Assembly: GCA_029262315.1 (NCBI GenBank)
Contig: JAJCZP010000168.1
Span: 10,825 to 74,824, forward strand
Origin: Deltaproteobacteria bacterium
GTDB lineage: Bacteria; Desulfobacterota; Binatia; UTPRO1
Reading direction: 5' to 3'
DNA: 64,000 nucleotides
In this document: piece by piece, positions 60,690 through 64,000 of the stretch
How positions within the stretch are numbered: the first letter of the stretch is position 1
Layout of the letters: each line of letters starts with the position of its first letter
Program-made: the position numbers and the translations under genes
The notes under the pieces: model-generated
Databases searched by the model: none
Told to the model about the DNA's origin: nothing
Seen by the model: the letters and a program-made list of their open reading frames with translations, nothing else

Positions 60690-62509
60690 GACGTCACGGG
60701 CGCAACGGCAACAGGCGCCTTCGCCGGAACGTGGTACTGCAACTCGTAGAGGCGGCGATAGATCCCACGCACCTCGAGGAGCTCTTGATGGGTTCCGATC
60801 TCGCGAATCTCACCGTGGTGGAGCACGACGATCCGATCCGCGTGCTCGATCGTGGACAGCCGGTGCGCGATCACGACAGAGGTTCTGTCGGCCATCAAGG
60901 TCACGAGCGCGTCCTGAATGAGATTCTCCGTCTCGGTATCGACGCTCGAGGTTGCCTCGTCGAGCACGAGAATTTTCGGATCGTACGCCAGCGCCCGCGC
61001 GAAGGCGAGGAGTTGCCGCTGCCCGGTCGAGAGATTGGACCCGCGCTCGCGGAGTCGATGGTGCAACCCACCAGGAAGGGCGGCGATGAACGGCCACGCG
61101 TTCACCCGTCGCGCCGCCTCTTCCATGACCGCCGGCGAGATCTCATCGTTGCCGAGAGAGATATTGCTCGCGATGTCTCCGCTGAAGAGGTAGACGTCCT
61201 GCAGCACGACCCCGATCCGCCGCCGGAGGGCCGCGAGTTCCCACTCACGCACGTCGACGCCATCCACCCGGATCGTACCGCGATTGACGTCGTAGAAACG
61301 AGACAGCAGCTTGATGAGACTCGTCTTGCCGGAGCCCGTCGCCCCGACGATGGCGATCTTCTCGCCCGGCGCGACCCGAAAGGACACGTCGCGGAGCACG
61401 TAGTCGTCGTCCTTGTAGGCGAACCAGACGCCGTCGAACTCAATCGCCCCCGCAGCCGTCGGCTCGGGACTGGGCACGGCAGGTGAGACAATCGCCGGCT
61501 CGGTGTCGAGCAACTGGAAGATACGTTCCGCGGATGCCATCGCTGATTGCATCACCGCATACTTCGTACTGAAGTCACGAATCGGAATGAAGAACCGCTG
61601 CAGGTACTCGATGAACGCGACCAGGGTCCCAAGCGCCAACACACCGGAGGCGATGCCGCCCGCCGCCCACCAAATCATCAATGCGGCCGAGATACTGGCC
61701 AGCGACTCGACCATGGAAAAGAGCGCGGCCTCATAGATGTTCGACCAGTGATTGGCGCGGCGATGCTGATCGTTCAAGGCGCGGAACTCGTCGAGGCTTC
61801 GGGCCTCGCGCACGAAGAGTTGGATGACGAGCATCCCCGACAGCGCCTCCTGGAGATAGGAGTTCAACCGGGCCAACGCCTCACGAATGGCCCGATAGGT
61901 GTGCCGAGCGGCGATCCTAAAGTAGTTGATCGCGAGCAGGAGCACCGGCATCGTCGCCAGGGCGACGAGCGCAAGCTTGAAATCGAGGCTCAGCATGATC
62001 GCAACGATGCCGGCCATCGTGATGACGTCCATGAAGATCGTCATTGCCCCGGCCGAAAACATCTCGTTCATGACATCGACGTCCGACGTCAGTCGGGTAA
62101 CCAGGCGGCCGATGGGATTGCGATCGAAATAGCTGAGCGGCAAGCGCTGGATGTGCGCGAACACGCGCACCCGGAGGTCGGCGAGGCTGCGCTGCGCCAC
62201 CAGCATGGTGCAGTAGTACTGGGCGTAGAAGAAGCAGCACTCCCCGATGATCGCCGCGAGGTAGACCATCCCCATGAGGGCCAAGCCGTCCGCATCGCCG
62301 GTCGCGACGTGACGATCGATGGCCAATTTCAAGATGTAGGGCTGGGTCAACATCAACGCCGAGCTGATCGGCAGCAACAAGATCGAGAGCGCGAAGAGCC
62401 CCCGATAGGGGCGCACGAAGCCCCACAAACGACGCGCCAAGCGCGCGTCGTACGCTTTCCCGAGGGCGTCTTCCTGTTGATGTTCGACGACGTCGCCCGC
62501 GTTGCTCAT
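60686..62509 (-). CDS. ABC exporter, fused permease/ATPase (MdlB-like)
   Basis: TM domain followed by GATGSGKT, LSTGQRQ, LDEATS, AHRL. Confidence 0.94.
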   Translation of the reverse strand: MSNAGDVVEHQQEDALGKAYDARLARRLWGFVRPYRGLFALSILLLPISSALMLTQPYILKLAIDRHVATGDADGLALMGMVYLAAIIGECCFFYAQYYCTMLVAQRSLADLRVRVFAHIQRLPLSYFDRNPIGRLVTRLTSDVDVMNEMFSAGAMTIFMDVITMAGIVAIMLSLDFKLALVALATMPVLLLAINYFRIAARHTYRAIREALARLNSYLQEALSGMLVIQLFVREARSLDEFRALNDQHRRANHWSNIYEAALFSMVESLASISAALMIWWAAGGIASGVLALGTLVAFIEYLQRFFIPIRDFSTKYAVMQSAMASAERIFQLLDTEPAIVSPAVPSPEPTAAGAIEFDGVWFAYKDDDYVLRDVSFRVAPGEKIAIVGATGSGKTSLIKLLSRFYDVNRGTIRVDGVDVREWELAALRRRIGVVLQDVYLFSGDIASNISLGNDEISPAVMEEAARRVNAWPFIAALPGGLHHRLRERGSNLSTGQRQLLAFARALAYDPKILVLDEATSSVDTETENLIQDALVTLMADRTSVVIAHRLSTIEHADRIVVLHHGEIREIGTHQELLEVRGIYRRLYELQYHVPAKAPVAVAPVTS

Positions 62510-64000
62510 AGCGCTTCCAACTCCTCGGTGAGACGCTGGCGCTGGTAGAGATCGGCGTAGAATCCGTCACGGTCCAAGAGCGCAGCGTGATTCCCCACCT
62601 CGATGATGCGTCCCTCGTCGACGACGAGAATGAGGTCCGCCTCCATGACTGTCGAGATACGATGCGCGATGAGGATACTGGTGCGCTCGTGCATCATCCC
62701 CCGCAGGCGCCCGAGAATACGACGCTCGGTCTCCGTATCGACGCTCGACAACGCGTCATCGAGGATGAGAATGGTCGGATCGACGATCAGGGCCCGCGCG
62801 AGCGTGACGCGCTGCTTCTGCCCCCCCGAGAGGGTGATCCCGCGTTCGCCGACGATGGTGTCGTAGCCACGCAACAACTCGTCGAGGTCGCGATCGAGCC
62901 CCGCCGTCTCCGCCGCGCGCTTGATCGCCTCCTCATCCGCGCCGGGCGCGCCAAAACGGATGTTCTCGCGCACCGTGCGCGAGAACAGGAAAGGATCCTG
63001 CGGTACGAAGCCGATACTCCGGCGCAGCACTCCGACCGGAATCTCGCGGAGATCGCGCCCATCGATCGTGATGACCCCGGCGGTGGGATCGTAGAGCCGC
63101 GGAATGAGATCGACGATGCTGGTCTTCCCAGAGCCGGTGCGCCCCACGATGCCCAGCGTGCCACCCGCCGGCAATGTGAAGCTGATGTCCGACAGCACAC
63201 GCGCACCGTTGGTTGCACCATCATAGCCGAAGTCGACCCGATGAAACGCGATCTCTCCTGTGAGCCCGGTGCCATTGGTGACGGCCCGACGATCGTCAAT
63301 GGCGGGCTCGACGGCGAAGACCGCCTCGAGTCTGATGAGCGCCGCCCGGCCGCGCTGCACGATCGACAACATCCACCCGAGCGCCATCGTGGGCCACGCC
63401 AGCAAGTGCAAGTAGCCAATGAACGCGACGAGGTCGCCCAGACTGATCGCACCGGAAATGACCCGAAGACCGCCATACCAGAGAACGACGAGCGTCCCGA
63501 ACGAGCTGACACCGCGCATCACCGGCATGATGGTACCGCGCACACGCGCGAGCCCCATGTTCTGCTCCGAGAAGTCGTGATTCATCGCACGAAACGTCTC
63601 GATCTCTGCCGACTCCCGCGCGTAGGCCTGCAACACATGGATCCCAGAGAGACTCTCCTGAACGCGGCTACTCATGGCCGCAAGCCCCTCCTGCACCTTG
63701 AGCGTGCGCTCCATCAGCTCGCGACTCGAGCGCTTCACGAAGGCGAGCGCGAGCGGGTACGTCAAGAGCGATGCGATGGTCAACCGCCAGTCGATCGACA
63801 CCATGATCGACACGCCGTAGATGTAGTAGATGGGCGTATTGATCATGTTGAGAAGCCCGATCCCCAGCAGCAGGCGCACGGCGGTGATGTCGTTCACGAG
63901 TCGCGACATCAAGTCGCCGGTCTGCTGCCCCTGGTAGTAGGCAAGCGGCAGACGTTCGAGGTGTGAGAAGAGGTCGTTCCGGAGGTCGAACTCGATGTCG
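62506..64000 (-). CDS. ABC exporter, fused permease/ATPase (MdlA-like), 5' end outside the window
   Basis: GRTGSGKT, LSGGQKQR, degenerate Walker B LDDALS; the frame stays open to the window edge. Confidence 0.93.
   Translation of the reverse strand, partial: DIEFDLRNDLFSHLERLPLAYYQGQQTGDLMSRLVNDITAVRLLLGIGLLNMINTPIYYIYGVSIMVSIDWRLTIASLLTYPLALAFVKRSSRELMERTLKVQEGLAAMSSRVQESLSGIHVLQAYARESAEIETFRAMNHDFSEQNMGLARVRGTIMPVMRGVSSFGTLVVLWYGGLRVISGAISLGDLVAFIGYLHLLAWPTMALGWMLSIVQRGRAALIRLEAVFAVEPAIDDRRAVTNGTGLTGEIAFHRVDFGYDGATNGARVLSDISFTLPAGGTLGIVGRTGSGKTSIVDLIPRLYDPTAGVITIDGRDLREIPVGVLRRSIGFVPQDPFLFSRTVRENIRFGAPGADEEAIKRAAETAGLDRDLDELLRGYDTIVGERGITLSGGQKQRVTLARALIVDPTILILDDALSSVDTETERRILGRLRGMMHERTSILIAHRISTVMEADLILVVDEGRIIEVGNHAALLDRDGFYADLYQRQRLTEELEAL

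Overview
High-GC bacterial chromosomal window. Gene order and Cys-rich secreted proteins suggest a Deltaproteobacteria-like or Candidatus Binatota genome; this is inference. The first ~8.4 kb is a partly decayed integrative island abutting the 3' end of tRNA-Ser(TGA). It carries a truncated sigma54-activator remnant, a frameshifted large serine recombinase, an excisionase, a CGNR-type zinc-finger protein coupled to an intact tyrosine integrase, and an OLD/GajA-like ATPase-TOPRIM nuclease split by a single in-frame TGA. From 8.7 to 18 kb lies an uncharacterised extracytoplasmic cluster: a sulfatase with a duplicated Cys-rich module, an octaheme cytochrome c-HEAT-TPR lipoprotein, a CX4CH cytochrome, DUF1800 and a Tat-exported DUF1501. 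An orphan FliA-type sigma factor with two sigma54-like boxes follows. The rest is mostly core genome (serS, gatCAB, argJ, secA, murI, engB, rpoH, dnaJ-like, rpoZ, tlyA, ispA, xseAB, ctpA, trmL). Oddities there include an Lgt-TlpA fusion with an internal lipobox, a GT2/unknown/SPL-like radical SAM unit, a transglutaminase-ABC operon, an orphan GspE/PilB-HDOD pair, and short tandem duplications at gene start/stop junctions. All calls come from motif recognition; no database searches were run.
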